NCBI GenBank assembly: GCA_012862495.1
Contig: BLSG01000289.1
Location: 12,667 to 55,131, forward strand
Origin: Thraustochytrium aureum
Taxonomy: Eukaryota
Reading direction: 5' to 3'
DNA length: 42,465 nt
Every line of letters starts with the position of its first letter. The stretch's first letter is position 1. Position numbers and translations under genes: made by a program. Of this stretch, positions 40,381-42,465 are shown one piece after another. Under the pieces are notes generated by a model. It searched no databases. It saw nothing but the letters and a program-made list of their open reading frames with translations, and was not told where the DNA came from.

Positions 40381-41496
40381 TTACGTTTTGGTGATGTTGC
40401 GTTCGTGCACTTCATCTGGAACTTTCACAACCTCGTGCTCGTCGATTGAGCCGATCGAGTCGGCGTAGGCGCGCGCGAGCCCCTCCAGCTCGGGCGTGCG
40501 GGGCATGGCCGAGCTGCCCCGCGGCACGCCCGCGGGCCCGCATGAGGTCCAGGATGAGCANNNNNNNNNNNNNNNNNNNNNNNNNNNNNNNNNNNNNNNN
40601 NNNNNNNNNNNNNNNNNNNNNNNNNNNNNNNNNNNNNNNNNNNNNNNNNNNNNNNNNNNNNNNNNNNNNNNNNNNNNNNNNNNNNNNNNNNNNNNNNNNN
40701 NNNNNNNNNNNNNNNNNNNNNNNNNNNNNNNNNNNNNNNNNNNNNNNNNNNNNNNNNNNNNNNNNNNNNNNNNNNNNNNNNNNNNNNNNNNNNNNNNNNN
40801 NNNNNNNNNNNNNNNNNNNNNNNNNNNNNNNNNNNNNNNNNNNNNNNNNNNNNNNNNNNNNNNNNNNNNNNNNNNNNNNNNNNNNNNNNNNNNNNNNNNN
40901 NNNNNNNNNNNNNNNNNNNNNNNNNNNNNNNNNNNNNNNNNNNNNNNNNNNNNNNNNNNNNNNNNNNNNNNNNNNNNNNNNNNNNNNNNNNNNNNNNNNN
41001 NNNNNNNNNNNNNNNNNNNNNNNNNNNNNNNNNNNNNNNNNNNNNNNNNNNNNNNNNNNNNNNNNNNNNNNNNNNNNNNNNNNNNNNNNNNNNNNNNNNN
41101 NNNNNNNNNNNNNNNNNNNNNNNNNNNNNNNNNNNNNNNNNNNNNNNNNNNNNNNNNNNNNNNNNNNNNNNNNNNNNNNNNNNNNNNNNNNNNNNNNNNN
41201 NNNNNNNNNNNNNNNNNNNNNNNNNNNNNNNNNNNNNNNNNNNNNNNNNNNNNNNNNNNNNNNNNNNNNNNNNNNNNNNNNNNNNNNNNNNNNNNNNNNN
41301 NNNNNNNNNNNNNNNNNNNNNNNNNNNNNNNNNNNNNNNNNNNNNNNNNNNNNNNNNNNNNNNNNNNNNNNNNNNNNNNNNNNNNNNNNNNNNNNNNNNN
41401 NNNNNNNNCCCGGGAGAACAGTGCCTTTTGTTCCACCTGAATGTCAAGACTCAGATAGCGCCAACGTTTGTCACATCGGGGCCATTGTTTGGGCAT
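40381..41496 (-). CDS. Hypothetical gene mostly hidden by the gap at 40561-41408
   Basis: Coding-like 3' end (PELEGLARAYADSIGSID) and a GAAAATG start at 41496. Confidence 0.35.
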   Translation of the reverse strand: MPKQWPRCDKRWRYLSLDIQVEQKALFSRXXXXXXXXXXXXXXXXXXXXXXXXXXXXXXXXXXXXXXXXXXXXXXXXXXXXXXXXXXXXXXXXXXXXXXXXXXXXXXXXXXXXXXXXXXXXXXXXXXXXXXXXXXXXXXXXXXXXXXXXXXXXXXXXXXXXXXXXXXXXXXXXXXXXXXXXXXXXXXXXXXXXXXXXXXXXXXXXXXXXXXXXXXXXXXXXXXXXXXXXXXXXXXXXXXXXXXXXXXXXXXXXXXXXXXXXXXXXXXXXXXXXXXXXXXXXXXXXXXXXXXXXXXXXXXXXXXXXXXXXXXXCSSWTSCGPAGVPRGSSAMPRTPELEGLARAYADSIGSIDEHEVVKVPDEVHERNITKT

Positions 41497-41751
41497 TTTC
41501 CGTGGAATTCAATAGAATGATAGCAATACATGTAAAAGCAAAAATTTGATGTGAGGATGCGTCTGAAGAATTGCTATCCGTTGTTTACGGAAATGGTCAT
41601 TCAAGACTTGGTCAAAGTCATGTGAGGAAAAGCGTGGCATGTGAGGGCGTTCGACGGGTCAGAGTTTGTGAGGGCGAAAAAGCTCGCCAGTTCCGCGAGA
41701 ATTTTCCGCGGAACAGGGGCCCGACCCGCTATTATGGTATAGAGGGGGTTG

Positions 41752-42465
41752 CTACTTGCCGCCCTCGTCGGTGAGCCTTCGCATGTGGTGCTGCACGAGC
41801 GTCGAGTTGTCGCGCGCCCAGGGCACGTTGACCACGACGGCCTCGTTGGTCCGAGCCGTGTAGAACACCTCGCGCTCGAGCACGTAGACGGGCGCGCCCT
41901 CGTCGGCAGCTGCACAGGGCCGCGTGAGCAGACTACGCAGCTTGGGCGCGGTGTCGCCCAGTGCCGCGAAGGAGAGGTCCAGGCCGCGTGCCCAGTCCAG
42001 CGTCTCCACCTTGGTGCCCATCTGGAAGAGCACCGCCGCGCGCACAAAGTCGTAGTAGCGTGCCAGGTCCACGCAGGCGTCGCCCGAGTCGCGCACCCGG
42101 GCCCGGTAGAGCGTCTTGCCCACGTTGCTGCGGTGCAGCGCGCCATCGCGGAGGCGCTCGGCCTCCTCGCGTGGCACCGTCTCCAGCAGGAGCTCGCCCT
42201 CGCGGAAGACGTCCTCGGTGAGCATGCGGTCGAAGAGGCGCAGGATCTGCGCCACCCGCACCTTGGCGTCCTCGCGCAGCTCGTCCCAGTTCACGCGGTC
42301 CTCGGCCCAGGTGCTGGGGTTGATGCGGTCGGCCTTCTGGGGGCCCGACCGGGGGCCCAAAGCCTCGCTCCCGCTCGGGCTCGCGCTGGCCCGCTCCACG
42401 TTCTGCCCTGGCGGCAGTCGGCGGTCGTACTCGCCGCGGGCGCCTTTCATAGAGCGGTGCATCGC
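41752..42465 (-). CDS. Hypothetical protein (possibly 5'-truncated by the window edge)
   Basis: 236-aa open frame with strong GC3 bias and globular composition. I recognise no motif. Confidence 0.65.
   Translation of the reverse strand, partial: AMHRSMKGARGEYDRRLPPGQNVERASASPSGSEALGPRSGPQKADRINPSTWAEDRVNWDELREDAKVRVAQILRLFDRMLTEDVFREGELLLETVPREEAERLRDGALHRSNVGKTLYRARVRDSGDACVDLARYYDFVRAAVLFQMGTKVETLDWARGLDLSFAALGDTAPKLRSLLTRPCAAADEGAPVYVLEREVFYTARTNEAVVVNVPWARDNSTLVQHHMRRLTDEGGK

Noticed and set aside
5780..41408. N runs as introns, inteins or mobile insertions
   Set aside because: Their content is invisible. Some preserve frame and at least one must contain a required motif (helicase Walker A), so they are simply missing sequence.

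Overview
This is a gene-dense, mostly GC-rich segment of a giant DNA virus (Nucleocytoviricota), either free or integrated in a eukaryote. It is not bacterial. Recognisable viral genes: late transcription factors VLTF3 (38345-40071) and VLTF2 (~32246-33711), an A22/RuvC-type Holliday junction resolvase (19569-20795), a ~5.8 kb PrimPol-type primase fused to a UL9-like SF2 helicase (10656-16427), two probable penton-like proteins, and DUF5759-like and DUF5765-like proteins. Accessory genes include two membrane-anchored glycosyltransferases (GT32/Caps_synth with a degenerate PI-PLC-like N-terminus, and GT25), F-box/LRR proteins, a paralogous pair of DQGWG-type beta-sandwich proteins with different targeting signals, and about a dozen orphan membrane proteins. 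Twelve N-gaps and at least nine small indels, mostly in G/C runs, split genes, so several calls are reconstructed across frames. Family names come from motif recognition, not database searches. I found no rRNA, tRNA, CRISPR array or transposase.
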